From: an uncultured Spirochaetota bacterium
GTDB taxonomy: Bacteria > Spirochaetota > Spirochaetia > SZUA-6 > Fen-1364
Length of the DNA stretch: 26,107 nucleotides
Assembly: GCA_963745235.1 (NCBI GenBank)
Contig: CAVUXE010000021.1
Coordinates: forward strand, 1 to 26,107
Reading direction: 5' to 3'
Part shown: positions 8,939 through 18,961 of the stretch, piece by piece
Layout of the letters: every line of letters begins with the position of its first letter
Numbering within the stretch: the stretch's first letter is position 1
Notes under the pieces: generated by a model
What the model saw: only the letters and a program-made list of their open reading frames with translations
Databases searched by the model: none
What the model was told of the DNA's origin: nothing
Position numbers and translations under genes: made by a program

Positions 8939-9607
8939 ATGAAGCACGCGTATCAAAAGACTCTTGTATCGCTCGTCTCCCTGGCGGCGATGCTCCTGAT
9001 AGCAGCAGCGGGGGCCACGGCGGATGTTCCCAATCCCCCCATGGACACGCCCGCCATGATGAAAGGCATCCAGACGGCAGTCCTTTCCGGGGGCTGCTTC
9101 TGGGGAATGGAAGGCGTGTTCGAGCGCCTGAAGGGCGTGGTGGATGTGACCTCGGGATACTCCGGAGGGGAGAAGGACACCGCGCACTACGAGATGGTCA
9201 GCACAGGGACCACGGGGCACGCGGAATCCATCCAGGTCCACTTTGATCCCCGGCAGATCAGCTACGGGACCCTGCTCAAGGTCTTTTTCACGGTGGCGCA
9301 CGATCCAACGGAGCTCAACTACCAGGGGCCTGACTCCGGGACCCAGTACCGCTCCGCGATATGGTACGCGAACGACGGGCAGAAGCAGGTGGCGGAAGAC
9401 TATATCCGCGCGCTGGACCAGGCGAGGGTGTTTTCAAAGGCCATCGTGACGCAGGTGGCGCCCCTGAAGGCGTTCTACGCGGCAGAGGACTATCACCAGC
9501 ACTTCCTGGACCGCAACCCGGATTATCCCTACATCGTGTTCGTCGATATGCCCAAGATTGCCGCGCTGAAGAAGACGTTCCCGCAGCTCGTGGCCAACAA
9601 GTCGTAA
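8939..9607 (+). CDS. msrA: Peptide-methionine (S)-S-oxide reductase with N-terminal signal peptide
   Basis: GGCFWG, SGYSGG, TGHAE, HDPT...QGPDSGTQYRS, AEDYHQ; SD GAGGTG before ATG at 8939. Confidence 0.95.
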   Translation: MKHAYQKTLVSLVSLAAMLLIAAAGATADVPNPPMDTPAMMKGIQTAVLSGGCFWGMEGVFERLKGVVDVTSGYSGGEKDTAHYEMVSTGTTGHAESIQVHFDPRQISYGTLLKVFFTVAHDPTELNYQGPDSGTQYRSAIWYANDGQKQVAEDYIRALDQARVFSKAIVTQVAPLKAFYAAEDYHQHFLDRNPDYPYIVFVDMPKIAALKKTFPQLVANKS

Positions 9608-9621
9608 CCCGTCTTTCCCGG

Positions 9622-9656
9622 GGGCTCCGGCATTGCCTCGCTGGAGCCCGCTTTAT
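9622..9656 (+). terminator. Putative intrinsic terminator after msrA
   Basis: Stem GGGCTCCGGC/GCTGGAGCCC (one G-U pair), 8-nt loop, followed by a weak T tract GCTTTAT. Confidence 0.45.
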
Positions 9657-9731
9657 GCCTTTGGGGCAGGAAAGCCACCTTCGATCCGGAAAGGCTCGTG
9701 TCCTGACGGGCCGCCCCGTTTGCCTGCGTGT

Positions 9732-9760
9732 TTGCTTGTGACGGCGAATATCGCTACGTT
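9732..9760 (+). promoter_or_regulatory. Putative sigma70 promoter giving a leaderless AKR transcript
   Basis: TTGCTT-N17-TACGTT-N6-GTG; no SD sequence. Confidence 0.55.
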
Positions 9761-9766
9761 AGCAGC

Positions 9767-10810
9767 GTGAAATACAGACAGATTCCGAACACGGGGCTTT
9801 ACGTTTCCGAGCTGTGCCTCGGCGCCATGACGTTTGGCGGGGACGAAGGCACCTGGGGCCTGATCGGCAAGCTTGACCAGAAAAGCGTGGACGAGCTTGT
9901 CCATGCTTCCCTGGACGCGGGGATCAACTTCTTCGACACCGCGAACGTGTACAGCCGCGGCCTGTCAGAGGTCATGCTCGGCAAGGCCCTGGGAGAGCGC
10001 CGCAAGGACGTGGTCCTTGCCACCAAGGTTCGCGGCCGCATGGGAACGGGGCCGAACGAGATCGGCCTCTCGCGGGTGCACATCATGCAGTCGGTGAACG
10101 ACAGCCTCAAGCGCCTGGGCACGGACCACATCGACCTCTACCAGATCCACGGCTTCGATCCGCTCGCGGATTTCGAAGATATCATGCAGACCCTTGATGA
10201 CCTGGTGAGAGGCGGGAAGGTCCGTTACGTCGGGGCTTCCAACCTTGCCGCGTGGCACCTGATGAAGAGCCTCGGAATTTCCCGGTCCAGGGGCTGGGAA
10301 CCTTTCAGGACCATCCAGTCCTACTATTCGCTTGCGGGACGCGAGCTGGAGAGGGAGATCATCCCGCTCCTGCTGGACCAGAAGGTGGGGCTCATGGTGT
10401 GGAGCCCTCTTGCCGGCGGCTTCCTCTCCGGCAAGTTCACGCGGGACGGTCAGGATGAAGGAGGCAGGCGCGCGAAGTTCGACTTCCCGCCCCTGGACAA
10501 GGAAAAGGCATATCGCATCATCGATGTGCTCAAGCAGATCGGCGGCGAGCACGACTGCAGCGCTGCCCGGGTTGCGCTGGCCTGGCTCCTTGCGCAGCCA
10601 GCGGTGACCACCGTCATCATTGGCGCGAAGAGACGAGACCAGCTGGACGACAACCTGAAGTCCGTGGACCTGACCCTTTCGACGGAGGAGCTCAGGAAGC
10701 TGAACGAGGTGAGCGCGCTTGCCCCCGAATACCCCGGCTGGATGTTCGCCATGCAGTTGTCGGATCGCCTGCCGGGAACAACGCGCACCATGCCCGTGCG
10801 GAACAGCTGA
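9767..10810 (+). CDS. Aldo/keto reductase
   Basis: GLYVSELCLGAMTFG, FDTANVYS, LATKV, DHIDLYQIH, GKVRYVGASN, WSPLAGG; catalytic D/Y/K/H present. Confidence 0.95.
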   Translation: MKYRQIPNTGLYVSELCLGAMTFGGDEGTWGLIGKLDQKSVDELVHASLDAGINFFDTANVYSRGLSEVMLGKALGERRKDVVLATKVRGRMGTGPNEIGLSRVHIMQSVNDSLKRLGTDHIDLYQIHGFDPLADFEDIMQTLDDLVRGGKVRYVGASNLAAWHLMKSLGISRSRGWEPFRTIQSYYSLAGRELEREIIPLLLDQKVGLMVWSPLAGGFLSGKFTRDGQDEGGRRAKFDFPPLDKEKAYRIIDVLKQIGGEHDCSAARVALAWLLAQPAVTTVIIGAKRRDQLDDNLKSVDLTLSTEELRKLNEVSALAPEYPGWMFAMQLSDRLPGTTRTMPVRNS

Positions 10811-10817
10811 GTCACCC

Positions 10818-11873
10818 ATGACGAGATGGGGGATCATTGGCGCCGGGGAGATTGCGCGGGTGTTCGCAAACGGCGCGCTTTTCTCCCGGTCAGGGAGCGT
10901 TGTCGCTGTGGCGAGCCAGACCGCGGGCAGGGGTGAGTCGCTTGCGGCGGACTTCTCCATTCCGCGGCGCTACACGCGCTACGAAGACCTGCTGGCGGAC
11001 AGGGAAGTGGATGCCGTGTACATTTCCGTCATCCATCCCCATCATGCCAGGTGGGCAATTGCCTCAGCGCGGGCAGGCAAGCATGTCCTGGTGGAAAAGC
11101 CCATGGCGATGAACGCGGCGGAGGCCGGCTCCATGATCGAAGCCGCGCGGCAGAATGATGTCTTTCTCATGGAAGCCTTCATGTACCGCTGCCACCCGCA
11201 GTTGGCGCGGCTTGCGGAGCTCATCGGGAGCGGGGTCATCGGGGAAGTGCGCTCCATCAGGTCCACGTTCAGCTTCTCCGTTCCCTTTGACCCGGATTCC
11301 CGGCTCTTCAACAAGGCGCTGGGCGGCGGGGGCATCCTGGATGTCGGGTGCTATCCCGCCTCGATGTCGCGATTCATCGCCGGCGCCGCAACAGGCAGGC
11401 CATTTGCGGACCCCATCCACGTGAAGGCATGCGGGGTAATGGGGCCGAGCGGCGTGGACTCCTTCACCGCTGCGACCCTGGAGTTCCCCAAGGGGATAAT
11501 CGCGGAGCTGGTCTGCGGCGTTTCCTGTCCCCTGCCTATCGAAGCGGTTGCCTTTGGCTCAAAGGGCCGGCTCTCTGTCCAGAATCCCTGGCTTCCATCC
11601 ACCCCCGCGCGAACGGCGAAGAAGCCCCTGCCGAAGGACACCCGCTGGCCCTCGGAGAAGCTCCTCCTGTGGACCACGGAACGGCCGGAGGAGAAACCCG
11701 CGGAAATCATTGTCCCGGCCGACCGGGACCTGTACAGCTATGAGGCCGACATGGTTGACAGCTGCATCAAGGACCGGCAGGCGCCTGCCATGAGCTGGGA
11801 GGACAGCATGGGCAACATGCGACTCCTGGACGCGTGGCGTGCGGAGATTGGGGTCAGCTACTCCGGATCATAG
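10818..11873 (+). CDS. Gfo/Idh/MocA family oxidoreductase
   Basis: RWGIIGAGEIA, GKHVLVEKP, MEAFMYRCHP, GGGGILDVGCY. Confidence 0.93.
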   Translation: MTRWGIIGAGEIARVFANGALFSRSGSVVAVASQTAGRGESLAADFSIPRRYTRYEDLLADREVDAVYISVIHPHHARWAIASARAGKHVLVEKPMAMNAAEAGSMIEAARQNDVFLMEAFMYRCHPQLARLAELIGSGVIGEVRSIRSTFSFSVPFDPDSRLFNKALGGGGILDVGCYPASMSRFIAGAATGRPFADPIHVKACGVMGPSGVDSFTAATLEFPKGIIAELVCGVSCPLPIEAVAFGSKGRLSVQNPWLPSTPARTAKKPLPKDTRWPSEKLLLWTTERPEEKPAEIIVPADRDLYSYEADMVDSCIKDRQAPAMSWEDSMGNMRLLDAWRAEIGVSYSGS

Positions 11874-12501
11874 ATCGGACCGCGTCGACCTCGTCCTCGT
11901 TGACCATGTGCCCCATGTTCGGATAGAGGCGCGCCGTGACGTTTGCCCCCAGTCCCTTCAAGACCTCCGCCGACTGCAGGAAGCGCTCCAGGGGAATGTG
12001 CGGGTCCACGTCGCTGCACCCCATGAAGATCGGCACACCCTCGAGTGACCCGGGGTAATCCCGCGGGGTCCCCTCCGGTCCGACCAGGCCCCCGCTCAGG
12101 CCGATGATGCCGCCGAAGCGCCGGGCGTTTCGCGCCGCGTACTCCAGCACGAGGCATGCCCCCTGCGAGAAACCGAGTAAGAACACGGCCTCGGGCCGAA
12201 TGCCTCCCTCAATGACCTGCGCTTCGATTGCCGCCAGGACCGAAAGCGCTGAGGAAAGGCCGGGCTCGTTGCTTTCAATCGGGGCGAGAAATCTGTTCGG
12301 ATACCAGGTGTGCCCGGCCGCCTGCGGCGCAAGGTATGCGAAGTCCTCTGCCTGCAGCTCGGGCGCCAGGCCAAGTATGTCATCCGCTGAAGCCCCTCGT
12401 CCGTGCACCATGATCATGGCTGCCTTTGCGAAAGAGAGCTGTGCTCCCCCGGAGAGGATGGGCTGGCCGGCGTGGGGACCCATGGGCGCTTGCTTTGTCA
12501 T
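11854..12501 (-). CDS. Alpha/beta hydrolase, phospholipase/carboxylesterase (MhqD-like)
   Basis: HGRGA, GFSQG nucleophile elbow, DVDPHIP, MGH; ATGA-coupled to the ring-cleaving dioxygenase. Confidence 0.9.
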   Translation of the reverse strand: MTKQAPMGPHAGQPILSGGAQLSFAKAAMIMVHGRGASADDILGLAPELQAEDFAYLAPQAAGHTWYPNRFLAPIESNEPGLSSALSVLAAIEAQVIEGGIRPEAVFLLGFSQGACLVLEYAARNARRFGGIIGLSGGLVGPEGTPRDYPGSLEGVPIFMGCSDVDPHIPLERFLQSAEVLKGLGANVTARLYPNMGHMVNEDEVDAVRSMIRSS

Positions 12502-13458
12502 CCTGTGTCCGCCTTGACGGGTGCCGGCACGGAGAGGGGCGGGAGGTGCCGCTCTATGACCTGCCGGTTGGATTCGAGCCAGGGCGGCAGCTTCAGGTGC
12601 GTCCCCAGGGCGTCCACCGTCTCATCCGTCCCGAAGCCGGGCGGATCTGTGGCTATCTCGAAGAGGATCCCGCCCGGCTCGCGGAAATAGACGGAGTGAA
12701 AGTAGCTTCGATCTATCACGGGGGTCGGAGACGCTCCCGCGCGCAGAAGGTGGTCCCTCCATGCAAGCTGTTCCGCGTCATCCTTTGCCCGCCAGGCAAT
12801 GTGATGCACGGATCCCGCGGACTGCCGGGCCGGGGGCGCCGCCGGGTCCACGACGATGTCGATGCGCGCGCGCGCTTCCTCCGGGCCTGCCAGGAAGCGA
12901 TGCCTGCTGCCATCCGACTCCCCGCGGACAAAACCAATGACGTCGGTCAGGAAAGCTGCCGCCCTCCCCAGCTCCCTGTGCATGAATGTCACGCCGTGGA
13001 ACCTGCGGATGGCGTGCACGGAACCAGCCGCGCTCCCGGTCCGAGCCGGCCACTCCGCCGACCGACGGATCGGCGAAAAGCTCGACTTTCATGCCATCCG
13101 GATCATCGAAGGAGATGACCTCCTCACCGAAGCGCTTGTCCGGCCCGCTGAATTGAGCTCCTTTTCGGGAAAGCCGCTCCGCCCACGCCTCGAGGGTGCC
13201 GACGGGAATGGAGAATGCAACGGCAGACGTCTCTCCGGCGCCCCTTTTCCCGCGCGCCGCATCGGGGAACGGGAAGAATGTCAGGATGGTGCCCGGCCTG
13301 CCCTGCTCGTCTCCGTAGTAGAGATGGTAGACGTCAGGAGCATCGAAGTTGACTGTCTGCTTCACGAGGCGAAGGCCCAGGAAGCCGACGTAGAAGTCCA
13401 CGTTCGCCTGCGGGTCGCTTGCCAACGCGGTGACGTGGTGGATCCCCTTGATATCCAT
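12498..13458 (-). CDS. Ring-cleaving dioxygenase, glyoxalase family (MhqA/E/O-like); one frameshift at about 13043
   Basis: GIHHVTA, LRLVKQTVNFDAPDVYHLYYGD, GSVHHIAWR, DRSYFHSVYFREPGGILFEIATDPPGF; deleting one base near 13043 restores ...AGWTGSAAGSVHAIRRFHGVT. Confidence 0.9.
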
Positions 13459-13542
13459 GATGTCCTCCCCGATGAGCCCGTTGACCGTCGCGAGCGCCTA
13501 GGCCGGCTTCATCGGAAGCCGAAGGCCGGTCCGCGGGGAGTG

Positions 13543-13571
13543 AAGATACGAAATGGCCGGCGCGGAGTCAA
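13543..13571 (-). promoter_or_regulatory. Putative sigma70 promoter of the dioxygenase-esterase pair
   Basis: Minus-strand TTGACT-N17-TATCTT, just after the ppk2 stop. Confidence 0.6.
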
Positions 13572-13579
13572 CGTCAGCG

Positions 13580-14455
13580 TCAATCTTCCTGGTCAAGCAA
13601 CCTGCGAAAAGACTCGAGCTCTTCTTTCTTTTCCGGCGGCGTTGCCGGGTAGGAAACCTTGAGGGACGCCAGGGTGTCCACCGCGATCTGCGACACGATG
13701 ATCCGCGCGTTCTCCTTGTCATCCGCCGGAACGACGTACCACGGGGCGTCAACCGTGCTCGTGGCGCTGATGCACTCCTCGTAGGCCTCCCGATAGTCTT
13801 TCCAGTACTTTCTTTCCTTGATGTCCGCCTCGCTGAACTTCCAGTTCTTGTCCGGGTCATCAATGCGCTGCAGGAACCGCTTCCTTTGCTCCTCCTTGGA
13901 CAGGTGGAGGAATATCTTCACGAGCCGGGTCCCGTTCCTGTGGAGGTGGCTTTCAAACTCCTTTATGGACTGGTAGCGGCCCTTCCAGAGAGCGCCGTCA
14001 GCCGCGGCCTTCTCGGAAAGGCCCTCCGCCCGAAGGAGCTCGGGATGGACTCGCACCACCAGGACTTCCTCGTAATAGGAGCGGTTGAATATACCGATCC
14101 GACCTCTCTCGGGAAGGCATTTCGTGGTGCGCCAGAGAAAATCGTGCTGCAGCTCCTCCGCGCTTGGCTGTTTGAAGCTGAAGACCTGGCAGCCCTGCGG
14201 ATTGACCCCGGACATCACGTGCCGTATGGTGCCGTCCTTCCCGGCGGCATCCATTGCCTGGAAAATGAAGAGGACCGCATAGCTGCCCGACGCGTAGAGG
14301 ACGTTCTGGAGCGAGCTCAGGGCCCGGACATGATCCTCAATGAGGTCCTGGTATTCCTTCTTCGATCCGTACGCGGGCTTGACCCGGGTCGGCGCTTCCT
14401 TCAGGCTCGCTTTCGCCCCTTGCCGGACGATGAAGTCACCTGGGTCGATCTTCAT
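13580..14455 (-). CDS. ppk2: Polyphosphate kinase 2 family protein (class III-like)
   Basis: [11 protein letters not shown] (Walker A), [43 protein letters not shown]; TGATG overlap with the upstream gene. Confidence 0.93.
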   Translation of the reverse strand: MKIDPGDFIVRQGAKASLKEAPTRVKPAYGSKKEYQDLIEDHVRALSSLQNVLYASGSYAVLFIFQAMDAAGKDGTIRHVMSGVNPQGCQVFSFKQPSAEELQHDFLWRTTKCLPERGRIGIFNRSYYEEVLVVRVHPELLRAEGLSEKAAADGALWKGRYQSIKEFESHLHRNGTRLVKIFLHLSKEEQRKRFLQRIDDPDKNWKFSEADIKERKYWKDYREAYEECISATSTVDAPWYVVPADDKENARIIVSQIAVDTLASLKVSYPATPPEKKEELESFRRLLDQED

Positions 14456-15192
14456 CAGGCAGTCCCGGCAAGCTCGCGCAGGCGCTCGAGGGCTCCCGGT
14501 TTCGTGACGCCGCCGTGATAGCACAGGACCCGGTCTACGGGGTACTCCAGGAGCTTGCGAAGCGACGCAGTGGCAAGGGAAAGGTCTTCGGTGGCTGACG
14601 GGCTTGGCCCCTGCAGCACGCCGTCTTCCGCCCGCAGGGCGTCCCCTGAGATCAGGAGCCTGTCAGCAGTCAGAAAGATGCTGATGTGTCCGGGGGTATG
14701 GCCGGGTGTGTGGATGACCACCATGCCTCCGCCATAGGGCAGCTTCTCCCGGTCCGCCAGCGCCCGGTCCACGTGGACGCTGGGCGGGTTTGCAAAGAAA
14801 CGGCGCACGCGTTCCCTCTGCTCCTCCGGGACCCCCTGCAGCCTTTCTTCGATCCGGGCAGGGTCCGCCTTGAGCAGCCTGCGGTCCCCCTGGATGTACG
14901 GAATGTCATCCGCGTGAGCCAGGACTTCCGCGTTGCTCGCCTTCACCACCGCGCTTGCCCCGCCAATGTGGTCTATGTCCTGGTGCGTGATGATGATGCG
15001 GCGGATGTCCTTCCATCCCAGGCCGAGCCTCGCGAGGTGCTCCCCGATGGCGGCATCCGATCCGGGCACTCCGGCGTCAATGAGGGTGGCACCGTCCGTC
15101 TTGTCCCACAGGAGTACAGGATACAAGGTGCTCTCCCGTGAGCCCAGGCGCATGGTAACCTCCAGCGCCTCGAGGTTCTTTCCCAGCTGCAT
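14455..15192 (-). CDS. MBL-fold metallo-hydrolase
   Basis: [32 protein letters not shown]. Confidence 0.9.
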   Translation of the reverse strand: MQLGKNLEALEVTMRLGSRESTLYPVLLWDKTDGATLIDAGVPGSDAAIGEHLARLGLGWKDIRRIIITHQDIDHIGGASAVVKASNAEVLAHADDIPYIQGDRRLLKADPARIEERLQGVPEEQRERVRRFFANPPSVHVDRALADREKLPYGGGMVVIHTPGHTPGHISIFLTADRLLISGDALRAEDGVLQGPSPSATEDLSLATASLRKLLEYPVDRVLCYHGGVTKPGALERLRELAGTA

Positions 15193-15200
15193 ACCTTCCA

Positions 15201-15230
15201 AGGGTACGGCCGCGGCCCGCGCGCGGTCAA
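15201..15230 (-). promoter_or_regulatory. Putative sigma70 promoter of the MBL-ppk2 unit (near-leaderless)
   Basis: Minus-strand TTGACC-N18-TACCCT-N8-ATG. Confidence 0.5.
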
Positions 15231-15241
15231 CACGACCGCGC

Positions 15242-17132
15242 TCAGATCTCGATCCCCCCGCGCTGGGTCTCGTAGAGCTTGCGGAAGTAGCCGTCCTGCG
15301 CTGACCAGCTCCTCGGGGCTTCCCCGCTCCACGATCCTCCCGGCATCCACCACGAGCACGGTATCGGCGTCGCGGATGGTGGAGAGGCGGTGGGCGATGA
15401 TGAAGCTCGTCCTGCCCTTCATCAGCTCGATCATGCCCTGCTGGATGTGCAGCTCCGTGCGGGCGTCCACCGAGCTGGTGGCCTCGTCCAGCACGAGCAG
15501 CCGCGGGGCGGCAAGCACCGCCCGCGCAATGGCAATGAGCTGCCTCTGGCCCTGGCTGAGGTTGGCGCCGGACTCCACGAGCGGACGTGTCGTATCCCTG
15601 CGGAAGGCGCTCGATTGCGTGCTCCGCGCCGGCAAGCTCGCCGCGCGCCGCATCTCCTCCTCGGATGCATCGGGCTTCCCGTAGAGGATGTTCTCCCGCA
15701 CGGTTCCGGCGAAAAGCCAGCCGTCCTGCAGCACGACGCCGAAGGCGCGCCGAAGGCTGGCGCGTGAGTAGTCCGCGGATGTCGATGCCGTCGATCAGGA
15801 TGGCGCCCGAGGTGACCTCGTAGAAACGCGAAAGGAGGTTGACGATGGTGGTCTTGCCCGCGCCCGTCCTGCCGACGATGGCCGTGACGCTGCCCGCCGT
15901 GCGCCGTGAAGGTGACGTCTTTCAGCACCGGCACGTCCGGGCGGTAGCCGAAGCTCACGTCGCGGAACTCCACCTCCCCGCGGGGCTGCGCAAGCTCGCT
16001 CGCGCCCGCCGTGTCCGCCGGCTCCTCCTGCTCGTCCATCACCTCGAACACGCGCTCGGCGCCCGCCACGGCGGACATCAGGGTGTTGTAGGAATTGGCG
16101 ATGTCGTTCAGCGGCCTCACGAACTGGCGCGAGTAGGAGATGAAGGTGGCGATGAGCCCGACGCTGATGGAGCCCCGCAGCGCAAGGTAGCCGCCCGTCA
16201 CCGCCACGGAAGCGAAGCCGATGTTGCCGATGACGTTCATCATGGGCATGAGGAACCCCGTCCAGATCTGGGCCCGCGTTCCGACGCGGCGCAGCTCTTC
16301 GTTGATGACGGCGAACCTCCTCCCCGCCTCGGGTTCCCTCCCGAACGCCTTCACCGCCTGGATGCCGGAGACGGTCTCCTCGACGTGCCCGTTCAGCGCG
16401 CCCAGGGCGTCCTGCTGCTCCTTGAACAGCACGCGCGTTCGCCGCGCGATGGTGGAGGTGAGAAGGAAGACCAGCGGGACCGGGACCAGGCTGGCGAGAG
16501 CCATGACCGGGCTCAGGAGGATCATGATTGCCAGGGTGCCGGCAACGACCACGACGCCGGACATGAGCTGCACGGCGGACTGGGACACCGTGACGCTCAC
16601 CGCGTCCACGTCGTTGGTGAGCCTGCTCATGATGTCCCCGTGGGGATGCGTGTCGAAGTAGGCCAGGGGAAGGCGCTGCATTTTGTCGAACAGGCCCTCG
16701 CGGATGTTGCGCACCATCCGCTGGGAGATCCCCGCCATGAACCATCCCTCCGTGGTCTGGAGGAGCGCGCCGCCGAGGTATGCGGCCAGGAGCGCGAACG
16801 CGGCCAGCGAAAGCGCGCGGACGGGCAGCGCGAGGCTCCGAACGCCGAGGCAACGGGGGACCCGGTGAGCCGGCCAGGGCCGCAATCGCATCCACGCCCC
16901 TGCCGATCAGGTACGGTCCGGCCATCCCCAGGGACGAGTCCACGAGGATGAAGCCGAACACCAGGGCAAGCCGCCGCGCTCGCCGCGGAAATAGGCCCAG
17001 ATCCGGGCCATGGACCGGCGCAGGTTGCGCGGCCGCACCTTGATGCCGCCGCGCATGCCGGGGCCCAGCCCCGGGCCGCGTCCGAGCATGCCCGGGCACG
17101 GAGGTGAGCGCGGGGCTGCGGGGATCAGACAT
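15242..17132 (-). pseudogene. ABC exporter permease/ATP-binding subunit (TM288-like, consensus Walker B), about 8 frameshifts; pseudogene or sequencing artefact
   Basis: Fragments in alternating frames: PYLIGRGVD; FDTHPHGDIMSRLTNDVD; GRTGAGKTT; [16 protein letters not shown]; NLSQGQRQL; LDEATSS; IAHRLSTI; [18 protein letters not shown] ending at 15242. Confidence 0.8.
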
Positions 17133-18889
17133 CGACTGCCTCCCTGCCCAGCTGCGCGACGCAGATGTCGCGGTATACCTCGCACTCCCGCATCAGCGTC
17201 TCGTGTCTGCCGAGTCCGACGGGCTTCCCGTCGTCGAGCACGAGGACCCAGTCGGCGGCGGCGGCCGCCGAGATGCGCTGCGTGATGAGGATGCAGGTGT
17301 AGCTGGCGGCGGACCCTCGGATCCCGCCCAGGATCTCCGCCTCGGTGATGGCGTCCACGGAGCTCGTGCAGTCGTCCAGGATGAGCACCTCGGGCTTTCG
17401 CACCAGGGCGCGCGCAATGGCAAGGCGCTGCTTCTGGCCTCCGGAGAGGTTGACCCCGCCCTGGCCGAGGACGGTCCGATAGCCCTCCGGGAAACCCGCC
17501 ACAAAGTCGTGCGCGCGGGCGAGGCGAGCCGCCTCCGCGAGCTCCGCGTCGGTGGCATCCTCCCGCCCCCACCGGAGGTTCTCCGCGATCGTGCCCGTGA
17601 AGAGGACCGTCTTCTGCGGCACCAGCGCGATGCGCCTGCGCAGCTCGCGAAGATCGATCTCGCGCACGTCCTGTCCGCCAAGGAAGACCTCTCCCCGTGT
17701 CGGCTCGTAGAAGCGGGGCACCAGGGAAGCGAGGCTGCTCTTGCCCGAGCCGGTCGGGCCGATGATGGCGGTGAGCTGGCCCGGCTTGCACTCGAGATCC
17801 ACGCCCTCCAGCACGAGCCGGCCCTGGGCGCCGGGTAGGCGAAAGAGATGCCGTTGAAGCGCACGGAGACGCCGCCCTGCCCGAGCGGTCGTCCCGCCGC
17901 ACCGCCGCCGGCACATCCTCGAACTTCTCGCTTCCCTGCACCTTCCAAGATCGCGCCGACCCGCTCCCACGACGCCTGTGCCCGGACGAACGACGGTGAA
18001 GATTGTCGAGATCATGTTCAGGGAGAAGAGGATCTGGGTCATGTAGTTGATGAACGCGATGATCTTGCCGACCTGGAGCTAGCTCGCCGCAACGCGAAAC
18101 CCGCCGATCCACAGCACCGCGACGATCCCCAGGTTCATGAAAAGGGTGATTGCCGGGCCGAAGAGCGCCATGGCGCGAAGCGCGAAGGTCGATGCGCTGG
18201 TGAGCTCCGCGTTGGCGCCGGCAAATCTGCGCACCTCGCGCTTCTCCTGGCCGAACGCCTTCACCACGCGGATGCCGCCCAGGTATTCGCGGGTCACGGA
18301 GTTCACGCCGTCCAGGCCTTCCTGCACCCTGCGGAAACGGGGAAAGCCGGTCGCCAGGTTCACGATGATGAGGGCCGCGGAGAGCGGCACGGCGATGGCA
18401 AGCACGACGGAAAGCCCTGGCTCCAGCATGATCGCCATGACGAGGCCGCCCACGGCCAGGATGGGCGCCTTGGCAAAGATCCGCATGACCCCGTTGACGA
18501 AGGTCTGGACCTGCGTCACGTCGTTGGTCTGCCGGGTGATGAGGGAGGCGGTGTCGAAAGTGTCCAGCTCCTGGAAGGAATAGGAGGTGATGCGCTGGAA
18601 GAGGTCGGCGCGAAGCTGCGCGCCGAAACGGTAGGAAACAATGCTTGCGAGGATGTTCCGGCCCGCCGCGCCGCCCGCCCCGAGCGCCGCCACGCGCGAG
18701 CATCAGGAGTCCGAGCCGGAGGACGATCCCGATGTCCCGCGCCGCGACTCCACTGTCCACGATGCGCGCCATGATGGTGGGCTGCAGCAGGTCGCAGACG
18801 GACTCCACGGAAAGGCAGGCGAGCGCTGCCAGGAAAGGCCAGAGGTATTTGCGAAAGTAGGGACCCGCCAGGGACTGTTGACGATTCAC
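17125..18889 (-). pseudogene. ABC exporter permease/ATP-binding subunit (TM287-like, degenerate Walker B), at least 3 frameshifts plus an in-frame TAG
   Basis: DLLQPTIMARIVDSGV; ASLITRQTNDV; GIRVVKAF; IAFINYMTQ; GPTGSGKSS; NLSGGQKQR; LILDDCTSS; ITQR. Breaks near 18695, 18080 (TAG), 17993 and 17832. Confidence 0.8.
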
Positions 18890-18961
18890 GAGTGGTCAAA
18901 GCCTACGATGGCAGCCCGCCTGGCCTCAAGAGACGCCGGATGAACAGGAAATAACGTTCTG

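Noticed and set aside
9660-9725. SRP RNA or c-di-GMP riboswitch in the msrA-AKR gap
   Set aside because: Only fragments (TCCGGAA; GGCAAAC on the minus strand) match; the conserved cores are absent.
11854-11873. 20-nt 3' overlap of convergent genes
   Set aside because: Common in compact genomes; no evidence of a special function.
4325-13045. Programmed frameshifting or phase variation at 4330, 8034 and 13043
   Set aside because: No slippery heptamer or long homopolymer; single-base corrections restore ordinary proteins, consistent with sequencing error.
13472-13500. Resemblance of AGGCGCTCGCGACGG...AACGGGCTCA (minus strand) to the SAH riboswitch
   Set aside because: The CCAGG/P1 segment is missing and the downstream gene is unrelated to SAH metabolism.
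13553-14518. 321-aa plus-strand ORF antisense to ppk2 (likewise 5026-6486, 9965-10960, 15839-16951, 21732-22736)
   Set aside because: Shadow ORFs caused by high-GC codon bias; no recognisable motifs, and the opposite strand holds clear genes.
16907-18889. 660-aa ORF as a novel protein
   Set aside because: Mosaic created by frameshifts; only short stretches are in the true ABC exporter frame.
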